IMG/VR virus record: IMGVR_UViG_3300026549_000030
Span: 128,001 to 192,000 of that record
Direction: 5' to 3' (one strand)
DNA from: a virus
Taxonomy: Duplodnaviria > Caudoviricetes
Length of the DNA: 64,000 nucleotides
Shown here: in pieces, positions 39,920-49,255 of the stretch
Numbering within the stretch: the stretch's first letter is position 1
Layout: each line of letters begins with the position of its first letter
The notes under the pieces: generated by a model
Databases searched by the model: none
What the model was told of the DNA's origin: nothing
The model's input: only the letters and a program-made list of their open reading frames with translations
Program-made: the position numbers and the translations under genes

Positions 39920-41677
39920 ATGGAGGATAAGCATATTATCATAATGGGTGACAAGCAGTTTTCCGCCTCCCCGTATCAAGAGAAAGTTTTCGAATTCCTT
40001 GAGAAGGGCTGCGGAAATCTTGTCATAAACGCGTCGGCTGGTTCAGCGAAGACTACTACGCTCGTTAACTGCATGAGGTTCATACCTAAGGATAAGAAGG
40101 TTATGTTTGTCTCATTCAACAAGCATATTGCGGAGGAAATCAACCGTCGCCTGACAAACCCGAATGCTACGGCAAGGACGTGTTCGAGCGTAGGCTTCGA
40201 AATTTGCAGGGAAAACGGAGTCGGCGTCGGTACTGTAAATAACGACAAATACACCAATTACATTCGAGAAAATATAAATTCGATAACGAAGTACGGAGAG
40301 ACAGAAAGCCTCAGCCGTTCGCGTGTTACATATATGCGCAACATACGTCAGCTTGTGGACTTGTGCCGTTACACACTAAGTTTTACACCAAGGGAGATAA
40401 AGAACCTCGCTGATAAGTATGGAATTGTTCCAATCAGGGATGAATTTGACGTGTGTAGAAATATTCTTATTTGGGGAAAGGAGCATACTGACGTTATTGA
40501 TCAGACAGATATGGTTTGGCTTCCAAGCGTACTAAACCTTACTACAAAGTGGGTGTTGAAGGATTTTATTTTCATAGATGAGGCCCAGGATATTACCATT
40601 GCCCAACAGGAACTCATTATGAAATGTGCGAAACGCGGGGCAAGAATTATTGCCGTCGGTGACAAAAATCAACAAATTAACGTATGGTGCGGAAGCGACG
40701 AAGAAGCAATTGAACGGTTCAAGGAAATGCCGGGAACGATAGAAGCCTCCCTTCCCGTTTGCTACCGTTGCGGAAAAAAAATAATTGAACTCGCCAACAA
40801 AATTTCAGATGGAAGAATGATAGCCCCCGAAACGGCGCCCGAAGGAGAAATAATCGAAAACGTTAAGATTGGAGAGATAAGAAATGGCGATATGGTTCTG
40901 TCAAGAAACACCGCCCCGCTTATTGAACTTCAACAGAAACTTCTCAGAATACACAAGAAGGTTTACATTCAGGGATTTAAGGAAATCCGAGACGACTTCC
41001 TTGATATTATCAAGAATACTCACAGTACGAAAATAGATGCGGCGTGCATAACGGAGAATGGTATGTTTCCGCAAATGTACCGTATGCTGCTTGACGAAAT
41101 TGACAGGCTTAGAACACAGGTTGGAATGGACGAGGACGAGGCAATGTCGCACCCGTCAGTTCTTTACCTCTACGACAACATTAAGGCTATTGAGGTTCTG
41201 TCAGCAGGCGTTCTTTCTGTTCAGGAACTTGTCGATAAGATTAACGTAATTTTTAACGGATCAAAAGACGAGGCGATTCTCCTATCAACGGTGCATAGGG
41301 CAAAGGGGCTCGAGGCTGACAGGGTATTCATATATCAACACTCGCTCCTTGTAAATAATCCACTTGCAAGGAAAGATTGGGAGATTAAGACAGAGAGGAA
41401 TCTTTTATATGTTGCGTACACGCGCCCGAAACTTCTTCTCGGATTCATTGAGGAAGAGAACCGATTCAAGAAAAACCCGTTCATTGCGCAGAATAGCTTT
41501 GGGGCGGAAGTTCACAGAATTAGAGTGCTTCTTAACAGAGAAGATAAAGTGGAATCCTTTGATTACGGTACACAATCTTGTGGGTCACAAATTAGTACAC
41601 CTTCAACTCAGGCGACAGAAACAGCTAAGAATACAAAAAAAGGTGGATTAAAATTTGCTAATTTGCTTAAAAGGTAA
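39920..41677 (+). CDS. UvrD/Rep-like SF1 helicase
   Basis: ASAGSAKTT, IDEAQD, VGDKNQQI, CYRC, STVHRAKGLE, LLYVAYTR; TATATTTG at 39898. Confidence 0.9.
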   Translation: MEDKHIIIMGDKQFSASPYQEKVFEFLEKGCGNLVINASAGSAKTTTLVNCMRFIPKDKKVMFVSFNKHIAEEINRRLTNPNATARTCSSVGFEICRENGVGVGTVNNDKYTNYIRENINSITKYGETESLSRSRVTYMRNIRQLVDLCRYTLSFTPREIKNLADKYGIVPIRDEFDVCRNILIWGKEHTDVIDQTDMVWLPSVLNLTTKWVLKDFIFIDEAQDITIAQQELIMKCAKRGARIIAVGDKNQQINVWCGSDEEAIERFKEMPGTIEASLPVCYRCGKKIIELANKISDGRMIAPETAPEGEIIENVKIGEIRNGDMVLSRNTAPLIELQQKLLRIHKKVYIQGFKEIRDDFLDIIKNTHSTKIDAACITENGMFPQMYRMLLDEIDRLRTQVGMDEDEAMSHPSVLYLYDNIKAIEVLSAGVLSVQELVDKINVIFNGSKDEAILLSTVHRAKGLEADRVFIYQHSLLVNNPLARKDWEIKTERNLLYVAYTRPKLLLGFIEEENRFKKNPFIAQNSFGAEVHRIRVLLNREDKVESFDYGTQSCGSQISTPSTQATETAKNTKKGGLKFANLLKR

Positions 41678-41685
41678 TATCTTTG
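41654..41685 (+). promoter_or_regulatory. Bacteroidota-type promoter for clpX
   Basis: TTTG at 41654, 20-nt spacer, TATCTTTG at 41678. Confidence 0.8.
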
Positions 41686-41707
41686 CAGCAAGAAAATACA
41701 CAATTCT

Positions 41708-42802
41708 ATGGCAACAAAGAAAGTAAGCACATTTAATTTACCGCGTCCCGATCAGATTAAGGCGTATCTTGATCAATATGTTATTGGACAGGAGGAGGCA
41801 AAAAAAGTTTTGTCGGTTGCGGTTTATAATCATTACAAGAAAATCAGCCACAACTCAATTTCAACCGAGATGGAGCTCGGAAAGTCCAATGTTATCCTCC
41901 TTGGAGACACCGGCTGCGGAAAGACGTTGTTGGTTAAGACAATAGCAAAACTCCTGAACGTACCCTGCTACATTCAGGACTGCACAAAGATTACGGCAAG
42001 CGGATATGTCGGTTCAGACGTTGAGGACTGTCTTGCTGGGCTTCTTCGTTCCTGCAACTACGATATGGACGCCGCACAGCTGGGTATTATCATGCTTGAC
42101 GAAGGCGATAAGATTGCAAAGAAAGAAGCGGGCCCCTCGATTACTCGCGACGTTTCTGGCGAGTGCGTTCAGCAGTCCCTTCTCAAAATTGTTGAGGGTG
42201 ATTTGGTTGGCGTACCCCCGGCTGGCGGCAGGAAACACCCCGAACAGCCACTTCTCTACGTCAATACAGAGAACATTCTTTTCATTCTCTCAGGCGCATT
42301 CGTTGGGCTTAACGAGATTATCGAGAAGCGTCTTGGCGGAGGAAGAATTGGCTTCGGACAGGAAGTCATTCAGCGCTCAGAGGAAGAATGCCTCAAGTAT
42401 GCAACCCCTCAGGATATCCGCGATTTCGGGTTCATTCCTGAATTTATCGGGAGGTTCCCTATTATTACAAACGTAGAGCCGCTCAGCGAGGAAAGTCTCG
42501 TAACCATTCTGAAAGAACCCAAGAACGCTCTCGTAAAACAGTACACAGCGCTTATGGAAATGGATAATGTCAAGTTGACGTTTACAGACGACGCGCTCTT
42601 CGAAATCGCAAAGGTTGCGAATAAACTCAAGACAGGTGCCCGCGGACTCCGTACCGTTATGGAAACCATTATGACGGATATAATGTACGAGTGCCCGGCA
42701 AAGGCAGCAAAATCTCGCGGAATGTATAAACTTACAATCGACAAAGATACGGTTGTAGCCAAAACAGAGTATAAATTTAAAAACTTAAAGGAGGCTTCAT
42801 AA
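41708..42802 (+). CDS. clpX: ClpX ATPase lacking the N-terminal zinc-binding domain
   Basis: YLDQYVIGQ, AVYNHYK, GDTGCGKT, GYVG, SITRDVSGE, RKH loop, IGF loop, GARGLR. Confidence 0.93.
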   Translation: MATKKVSTFNLPRPDQIKAYLDQYVIGQEEAKKVLSVAVYNHYKKISHNSISTEMELGKSNVILLGDTGCGKTLLVKTIAKLLNVPCYIQDCTKITASGYVGSDVEDCLAGLLRSCNYDMDAAQLGIIMLDEGDKIAKKEAGPSITRDVSGECVQQSLLKIVEGDLVGVPPAGGRKHPEQPLLYVNTENILFILSGAFVGLNEIIEKRLGGGRIGFGQEVIQRSEEECLKYATPQDIRDFGFIPEFIGRFPIITNVEPLSEESLVTILKEPKNALVKQYTALMEMDNVKLTFTDDALFEIAKVANKLKTGARGLRTVMETIMTDIMYECPAKAAKSRGMYKLTIDKDTVVAKTEYKFKNLKEAS

Positions 42803-43242
42803 TGAGCAGGCAAGATAAATTCACCGAATTCGTTTCATTCGAAATAGCCGAGAGGCTTAACAATGCCATATATCCCGACGAGGGTTTCGCATATGCGGCG
42901 GAGGACTTGGAATGCACCAACGATCACTTTACGGGTTCCGTGAAGCATAAAAAGGGTGAGTTTTTCGACGCAGAGGGTGACTATGTTCATGGAAAGCACT
43001 ACTGGGCGCCGACTTACGGTGATGTGCTTGACTATTTATCAAGGAAATTCGGAGTTCACGTAGAATTTACGCCTTGGTTCACGTACGCCCTTGAGGGGCA
43101 CACAGCTTACACTTACAGGGTGTTCAAGGTAAACGACGAAACCGCAAAAATGGACTTGCTCTTCGAATCTGGCGAAGGAATAGGAAGTTTCGGGCTTTGT
43201 ATCAAAGAGATAGTCGATAAACTTATTAATACCGTAAAATAA
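42802..43242 (+). CDS. Hypothetical protein
   Basis: Coupled to clpX; FVSFEIA...APT...V.D.L pattern common in Bacteroidota phage proteins. Confidence 0.7.
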   Translation: MSRQDKFTEFVSFEIAERLNNAIYPDEGFAYAAEDLECTNDHFTGSVKHKKGEFFDAEGDYVHGKHYWAPTYGDVLDYLSRKFGVHVEFTPWFTYALEGHTAYTYRVFKVNDETAKMDLLFESGEGIGSFGLCIKEIVDKLINTVK

Positions 43243-43244
43243 TT

Positions 43245-43424
43245 ATGTCATTTCCATTTTGGCCCATAGTGAATTTGTGCGTTGCAAACAGATTGTTCTC
43301 AGACGACGAAGAAAGTAAATGCTTTACCTGCAGACATTATCGCGGAAAGGGAAATTGCAAAGAAGGGCATTACGATGCCGGTGGAGATAAGAGTTATTGC
43401 TATGATTACGATGAACGGGATTAA
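43245..43424 (+). CDS. 59-aa Cys-rich protein (not in the ORF track)
   Basis: MSFPFWPIVNLCVANRLFSDDEESKCFTCRHYRGKGNCKEGHYDAGGDKSYCYDYDERD fills the gap up to the terminator. Confidence 0.6.
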   Translation: MSFPFWPIVNLCVANRLFSDDEESKCFTCRHYRGKGNCKEGHYDAGGDKSYCYDYDERD

Positions 43425-43428
43425 AGAC

Positions 43429-43454
43429 GCCGTAGGTTAACCTACGGCTTTTTT
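43429..43454 (+). terminator. Intrinsic terminator
   Basis: GCCGTAGG-TTAA-CCTACGGC-T6. Confidence 0.85.
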
Positions 43455-43499
43455 ATTGACTATAACAATATTTTTCCGTATTTTTAAATAAAAAAAGAT

Positions 43500-43763
43500 A
43501 TGGCAAAGAAAGAGGAAACAATTGACAGCAAATACAAAAATCTATCTGGAAAAACATTAAAGGAGCTTTTAACCTTAAAGGATGGTTTAACATACTTGAT
43601 TCAATATTGGGATAACGTTGCACAGGCAACAAGCGGAAACTATCAATATGGTGTTAAGGAATCATATGAGAATGCTAAGTTAATGTCTTCAAAATATAAT
43701 TTAGCATTGCTAAATGCCATTTCAGCTATTGAGGAGAAAGTTAATGAAGAAATTTTTGGTTAA
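43500..43763 (+). CDS. Hypothetical protein
   Basis: 87 aa; TTGA-N19-TATTTTTA upstream. Confidence 0.7.
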   Translation: MAKKEETIDSKYKNLSGKTLKELLTLKDGLTYLIQYWDNVAQATSGNYQYGVKESYENAKLMSSKYNLALLNAISAIEEKVNEEIFG

Positions 43764-44736
43764 ACTACGCATATTCCTCGAATCGCTTGCTTGGGGAATG
43801 AAGGGCTCGGATAAGCTGATATCGACTTCCAACAAAGAAAATGATGGAGGTGATATCGGCGGCATTGAGCAGCACAAGGAAACACAGAGCGTGTATGCGG
43901 ATCTTCTTCGTGGAGAGGTAACGCAGGAAGTGAAGGAGTTCCGCCATGAAATGTACTATGCCGAGAGAAAATCGCACGATTACGTTTACGGTGGCGGCGG
44001 ACACGCCGTTAAGAGAAATAAGATATTCGACTACCAAGGTAACGTCGAGCGAAGCGACGGACTTAAGATACAAATCGTTCAAGACAATAGGGAAGATATG
44101 TCTTCTCTCATTGAAAACGGAATTTATTCTCAGGGAGAAGAATTCGAGCTATCAGAGAAGGCCAAGGGTGATTTGAAGGAAAAGGATAAGAGAGAATTCA
44201 CAATTAAGATTGAACGAGACTTCTTCCCTTCATTCAGATTGGAACAGTACGCAACAAAAATTGTTGTCAAGAAAGCGGACGATACCAACGTAATTCTCGA
44301 TATCTATACTTGGAGCGACTTACGTCAGTTTGACAACAGACACAAGCTTTTCCTATCAGGAATTAAGAAGATTATAGGGGGTGACACGCGTTCCGATATT
44401 ATAGACTTTGATAACCTATCATTCGTAACATACAACGCCTACGGCGCCGACGATTTAAGGCTGTACGAATACAACAATGTACATTTCATTGAGATTATCC
44501 CGTTTGACGGCAACTACGTCCTTAGGTTCAGCGCGAGTATTGTGAAAGACGGAGAGGACTTGATACAGGAATTTTACAACGAAATCGCCGCAGAGAAGTC
44601 GAAAAATCATGAGGCAAGGAAGAATGCGCCAGAAATTAGCATTGAATCTGTAATGGAAGCACAGGCAGCAGAAAATTATGATTTCGACCAGGCGAAAGAA
44701 TTAATGGAAGAATTAAAGGACGATGAAGAAAAGTGA
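43744..44736 (+). CDS. Hypothetical protein
   Basis: ATG at 43744 (MKKFLV), overlapping the previous gene. Confidence 0.75.
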   Translation: MKKFLVKLRIFLESLAWGMKGSDKLISTSNKENDGGDIGGIEQHKETQSVYADLLRGEVTQEVKEFRHEMYYAERKSHDYVYGGGGHAVKRNKIFDYQGNVERSDGLKIQIVQDNREDMSSLIENGIYSQGEEFELSEKAKGDLKEKDKREFTIKIERDFFPSFRLEQYATKIVVKKADDTNVILDIYTWSDLRQFDNRHKLFLSGIKKIIGGDTRSDIIDFDNLSFVTYNAYGADDLRLYEYNNVHFIEIIPFDGNYVLRFSASIVKDGEDLIQEFYNEIAAEKSKNHEARKNAPEISIESVMEAQAAENYDFDQAKELMEELKDDEEK

Positions 44737-45067
44737 ACCAACATCGCTATGCGATATGCTTCATTTCGATAGAGGTGAAGGAAAACGGGTTAAAGTAAGG
44801 GATTGCGAGTTACTTAACTCGTTTTTCTTTAGCAGGAACGATTATTACCTTCTAAGGAAGAAAAGGATATATTATATCTGTATTCCCGTTGACGGCACAC
44901 CAGTTCTTGTGTGGTGCCACCCAGAAGTAAAGAACGGAGAAACATTCCTCCCGAATGAGGTTATCAGTATGTTCAGAAATGAATATATGAAGAAGGGGAT
45001 TACACAGAAAGACATAGACGAATTTATCAACGACCCAGTTGGGTACGAAAAAAAGCGACTCAAATAA
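44723..45067 (+). CDS. Hypothetical protein
   Basis: 114-aa ORF overlapping the previous stop. Confidence 0.65.
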   Translation: MKKSEPTSLCDMLHFDRGEGKRVKVRDCELLNSFFFSRNDYYLLRKKRIYYICIPVDGTPVLVWCHPEVKNGETFLPNEVISMFRNEYMKKGITQKDIDEFINDPVGYEKKRLK

Positions 45068-45135
45068 GTCGCATTATCCCCCATAGTTGCCACAAAGTAC
45101 AACTTAAACAGTCACAAATTTTCTTTCAAAGTGAC

Positions 45136-45429
45136 TTAGATTGTCACGAATAAAAGTACCCACATGCAACCCAACACCGCAGCCAACAGTCCGTCGCGAA
45201 ACTCTCTTGTTTTTACGAGCTCCTTTGGCGTTTGCTTGGCGAGCCTACCGACAAAATAAAACATCACGGTTACGAACGGACTGAGTATTGCACTCACAGC
45301 CAAAGATAAATGAACCGTCAATGCGAGTAGGCTCAGAACGGCGAAAACCATGCCGGCGTAAAAGCTTAATGTTTGGGTTGCACAAAAATACTTGAATCGT
45401 TCAGCCAACGAATTGATTTGGATTTTCAT
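45136..45429 (-). CDS. Small late membrane protein (2-3 TM), holin candidate
   Basis: Long hydrophobic stretches; sense TATTTATA at 45452-45459. Confidence 0.55.
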   Translation of the reverse strand: MKIQINSLAERFKYFCATQTLSFYAGMVFAVLSLLALTVHLSLAVSAILSPFVTVMFYFVGRLAKQTPKELVKTREFRDGLLAAVLGCMWVLLFVTI

Positions 45430-45478
45430 GCAGTTTCTTCCACGCTTTTATTATAAATAGAAAAATTAAGAAAAAAAA

Positions 45479-45823
45479 TTAATTTTCCTTTTTTTCTTTT
45501 TCACTCTTAACTCGTTTATAATATTCAAGTTGGGCGTTAAGTTGTGCCAAGTCAGTATCCCCGACTTTTTCGTATTCGCACTTTCCCTTGATAAATTTGT
45601 TCAAAGCCTTTCCGTTAGAACCGTCAAGTCCGCCCGCCATGAACATAAGGTAATCGTTCACGTTAACGTTCTTATAGACGTACGTTGCGCCGTTCTTAAA
45701 AACAACCCTGAGAACCTTCAGTTCGTCAACCTTGTCCTCACACTCAGAATAAACAACATTTGAGGAATCGTACCAAGCGTGATCAACACGCGCTTCCTCG
45801 TCATAGTACCTAAAAATTATCAT
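45479..45823 (-). CDS. KTSC-domain protein
   Basis: DSSNV...LRVVFKNGATYVYKNV...Y..FM...SNGKALNKFIK; start ATG 45823. Confidence 0.75.
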   Translation of the reverse strand: MIIFRYYDEEARVDHAWYDSSNVVYSECEDKVDELKVLRVVFKNGATYVYKNVNVNDYLMFMAGGLDGSNGKALNKFIKGKCEYEKVGDTDLAQLNAQLEYYKRVKSEKEKKEN

Positions 45824-45880
45824 ATCAAAAGTTGATTTACGAATAAATTTTAGTATTTTTATTGAAAAAAGCAACAGTAC

Positions 45881-48583
45881 ATGGCAACACAGCCAATTAA
45901 AAACACATCCAATTACGAAAAATATTTCTCAAACGAGATAAAGAAACTTCTTAATGAGGTTGTATTAAATGTTGCTCAGGAAACTATTCCCGCAAATTCG
46001 ATTGCGCCAGAAATATTTTTCATAGCCGCACTCGGCTACCCTGATTGCATGCTATATAAGGCAGTTAACGGATATCTTACGACGTTAAAAATCGACGAGA
46101 TATACGACAAGCTCGTATTGTATGCACAGGATAAATATGCGCTTGCTTCTGCGCGTCCGAACAGGATAATCGACTATTCACCTGAAATGAGAACGCTGTT
46201 CCAAAAGGCTAACGCCGAGCGCTCAGAATTAAACGATAAACTAATCACGTCAGACCATGTTCTGCTCGCGGTTCTAAATGAGAAAACAAAAGCATACGAC
46301 AAGATTCAAGAATTATTTGAAAGAGAACGTCTGACTTATAATATCGCCAAGGACCTTTCACGGAAGCTACACACCACGACAGATATAATTGCTTCAAACG
46401 CAGAGGAAGAAGACGGTGCGGAAGATATTCCAGATGCATTCAAGGCAATGCTTAACAACTACGACAGATATATAAGTGGTGTTGACACCGCAGCCGACGA
46501 CTCTGGTGGTTTAGACTCGATAACGATTGTCGGAAATCTGCCAAGTGGAGTAGATCCTGAATCCTTCATGGAAGAATTAAAGAACAGCCTCAATGGAGTA
46601 ATTGCGAACAACGCGAAGAAGGAAACGAAGAAGAATGCAAATGGTTGGACGAAAGCGCCATCATTTTCCAAGAGTCTAAATGAAGCGGCAGACAAGGGAC
46701 TCATTGATACAATTATCGGGCGGCAGAAGGAAATCGACTTAATGGCGAAGATATTCGGCAGAAGAAAATGTAACAACGTTCTTTTAGTGGGAGAACCTGG
46801 CGTCGGCAAGACTGCAATTGTTGAAGGACTTGCGAGACAAATTGTTGACGGCAACTCACCCGCAAGCCTTAAGAACTGCAAGATATTCGAACTCAACTAT
46901 TCCGATATGATGGCGGGAACGCAATTCAGGGGAGTATTTGAGGACAGACTTTCTTCATTCATAAAGGAAATAAATAAAATTGAGAACGCAATTCTTTTCA
47001 TAGATAACGTTCACAATATATTTGCAGAAAGGCAAAGAAATGATTATGATTTCTCCGGCATTCTTTCAACACTTCTTTCGGAGGCGAACGTTAAGGTTGT
47101 AGCGACGACAACGCCAAAGGGATACCACACAACATTTGAGGGCGACCCTGAGTTAAGACGTAAATTCCAGAAGGTTACTGTTGACGCTCCGTCTATCGAC
47201 GAGAGCATAGAAATCCTTATGGCTAATAAGGAATATTATGAACAATATCACGGTGTCACATACTCAGACGAGGCTATCAAAGCTTGCGTAACGCTCTCAA
47301 GCCGATACATTACCGACAGAAACCTTCCTTCCTCAGCAATGGATATTATGGACGAAGCCGGCTCAAGTAAAAAGAACGGACTTATCGAACCTGAGGGAAT
47401 CAGGAAGAAACGCAACGCGATTGCTCTGTTCAAACGCGAGAAAGAAAACTTCATTAAGGAAGATAAAATCAAAGAAGCCACAGACGCAAACAACAAGATT
47501 GAAGGGCTGAAACTTGAAATAGCGAAGGAAATGGATACGTATTCCAATCCTATGAAGAAAAGGGACGACACTGTTTCCGTTAACGATATCTATAAGGCAA
47601 TATCAGAGCAAACCAATATTCCCCTTCAAAAGCTTGATGTATCCGAGAAGAAAGCTCTTTCAAATATTGACAAGATATTGAAGAAATCTATTATCGGACA
47701 GGACGAAGCGATTGATGTGGTGTCAAGGGCTATCAAGAGAAACAAGGTTGGACTCACGCCCGCAAACCGTCCGATATTCAGTTGTATCTGCATTGGTAGC
47801 ACAGGAACGGGTAAAACCCTTATGGCAAAGAAACTCGCTCAGGAAATATTCGGCGACGAGAAATACCTTGTTCGTTTTGATATGTCGGAATATTCAGACG
47901 AAACTGCCGTGAACAAACTTATCGGTGCTTCAGCAGGATATGTCGGATATCACGAGGGAGGATTGCTCACAGAGGCTATTAAGAATAAGAAGCACGCCGT
48001 TCTGCTCATAGACGAAATCGAGAAAGCCAACGAGAAAATTTATAATCTGTTCCTTCAGGTACTCGACGAAGGTTTTCTTACTGACAACACAGGGCAAAAG
48101 GTTGATTTCAGAAACACGATTCTGATAATGACTTCGAACATTGGCGCCAAGAGAGCCGCTACGGAAAAGGGTATTGGCTTCGCGGTTGACGATAATGCAA
48201 ATAAGAAGGATATCATTGAGAAGGAACTCAAGAATAAATTTCCTCCTGAATTTATTAACAGAATTGACGAAATTGCATATTTCAACAACTTGACAGACGA
48301 TAATCTTAGAGATATTATCAGGCTCGAGCTTAATAAACTCAAGGCAAAGATTGAATCGCTCGGGCACACGTTCGATTATGACGACGGTTCCGTTGAATAT
48401 GTCTTTGAGAAAATTTCGAAGCAGAAGGAATACGGCGCCCGTCCAATCCTCAGGGCAATACAGTCAGAGTTCGAGAATAAAATAACAGACTTGCTTATCG
48501 ACAACGAATTCACAAATCACCACTTCAACTCTTTCATTGAATATGAAGAGGGAGGAAACGGAAAACGACTGATTATAAACTAA
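45881..48583 (+). CDS. ClpC/ClpB-family double AAA+ ATPase with IGF loop
   Basis: Clp N repeats, GEPGVGKT, YITDRNLP, GSTGTGKT, DMSEY, GYVGY, IDEIEKA, IGF, PEFINRID, YGARP. Confidence 0.9.
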   Translation: MATQPIKNTSNYEKYFSNEIKKLLNEVVLNVAQETIPANSIAPEIFFIAALGYPDCMLYKAVNGYLTTLKIDEIYDKLVLYAQDKYALASARPNRIIDYSPEMRTLFQKANAERSELNDKLITSDHVLLAVLNEKTKAYDKIQELFERERLTYNIAKDLSRKLHTTTDIIASNAEEEDGAEDIPDAFKAMLNNYDRYISGVDTAADDSGGLDSITIVGNLPSGVDPESFMEELKNSLNGVIANNAKKETKKNANGWTKAPSFSKSLNEAADKGLIDTIIGRQKEIDLMAKIFGRRKCNNVLLVGEPGVGKTAIVEGLARQIVDGNSPASLKNCKIFELNYSDMMAGTQFRGVFEDRLSSFIKEINKIENAILFIDNVHNIFAERQRNDYDFSGILSTLLSEANVKVVATTTPKGYHTTFEGDPELRRKFQKVTVDAPSIDESIEILMANKEYYEQYHGVTYSDEAIKACVTLSSRYITDRNLPSSAMDIMDEAGSSKKNGLIEPEGIRKKRNAIALFKREKENFIKEDKIKEATDANNKIEGLKLEIAKEMDTYSNPMKKRDDTVSVNDIYKAISEQTNIPLQKLDVSEKKALSNIDKILKKSIIGQDEAIDVVSRAIKRNKVGLTPANRPIFSCICIGSTGTGKTLMAKKLAQEIFGDEKYLVRFDMSEYSDETAVNKLIGASAGYVGYHEGGLLTEAIKNKKHAVLLIDEIEKANEKIYNLFLQVLDEGFLTDNTGQKVDFRNTILIMTSNIGAKRAATEKGIGFAVDDNANKKDIIEKELKNKFPPEFINRIDEIAYFNNLTDDNLRDIIRLELNKLKAKIESLGHTFDYDDGSVEYVFEKISKQKEYGARPILRAIQSEFENKITDLLIDNEFTNHHFNSFIEYEEGGNGKRLIIN

Positions 48584-48615
48584 AAAAAACGCGTCCTTAC
48601 GGGCGCGTTCTTTTT
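48582..48615. terminator. Bidirectional terminator
   Basis: A8-CGCGTCC-TTAC-GGGCGCG-TTCT5. Confidence 0.8.
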
Positions 48616-49252
48616 AATATTCTATGATTACCGACTTATGATCGGAAACATCATAATCGCTTGCAATCTTATAAGAGGAAGGAAGTCCCCAAATGTTGTA
48701 AACGATAAAGTGGTCCAGTTCTCCGTGCTGATACTCCTTCGTGTAATTTTGGAAAGTATCTTTCTTTTCAATTCCGAGAGCCTCACGAACGGACGTTCCC
48801 ACCAACCCATTCCTTCTTGCGTCTTCAAGTTCTGCATTGAAATCTCCACAAAGAATGCATTTGTGGCATTTCATATCCTCAGTCACGCCCGTGAACGTTC
48901 TTGCGGCAATATTATCCTCACACCTTGTGTGAATGTTGAATAAGCGAAACTCCGGATATTTCGGAATGGTAATATCTACATATTCGTAGAAAATTTTGAA
49001 CTTGTGGTTTCTTGTTTTTATGCCATTGTTCTTTTTAATGAAAATTGAGTGATGCGCTGAAATTCCTACACGCTTGTATCCTGACGGAATGTAGCAAGTT
49101 GCCGGAAACATCATTTCCTGAAAGCAGATAACATCGGGATTTTCCCTACTGATTAGCTCCTCCATCCGCGCCATTCTCTTCTTCCAAAACGTATTGGCGG
49201 ATGAATCCGTGTCCCTCGTCCAAATACGAACGTTAAATGTCATTATTTTCAT
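48614..49252 (-). CDS. Endonuclease/exonuclease/phosphatase (EEP) family protein
   Basis: IMTFNVR, PDVICFQE, ILCGDFN, LDHFI, SDH motifs. Confidence 0.88.
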   Translation of the reverse strand: MKIMTFNVRIWTRDTDSSANTFWKKRMARMEELISRENPDVICFQEMMFPATCYIPSGYKRVGISAHHSIFIKKNNGIKTRNHKFKIFYEYVDITIPKYPEFRLFNIHTRCEDNIAARTFTGVTEDMKCHKCILCGDFNAELEDARRNGLVGTSVREALGIEKKDTFQNYTKEYQHGELDHFIVYNIWGLPSSYKIASDYDVSDHKSVIIEY

Positions 49253-49255
49253 AAG

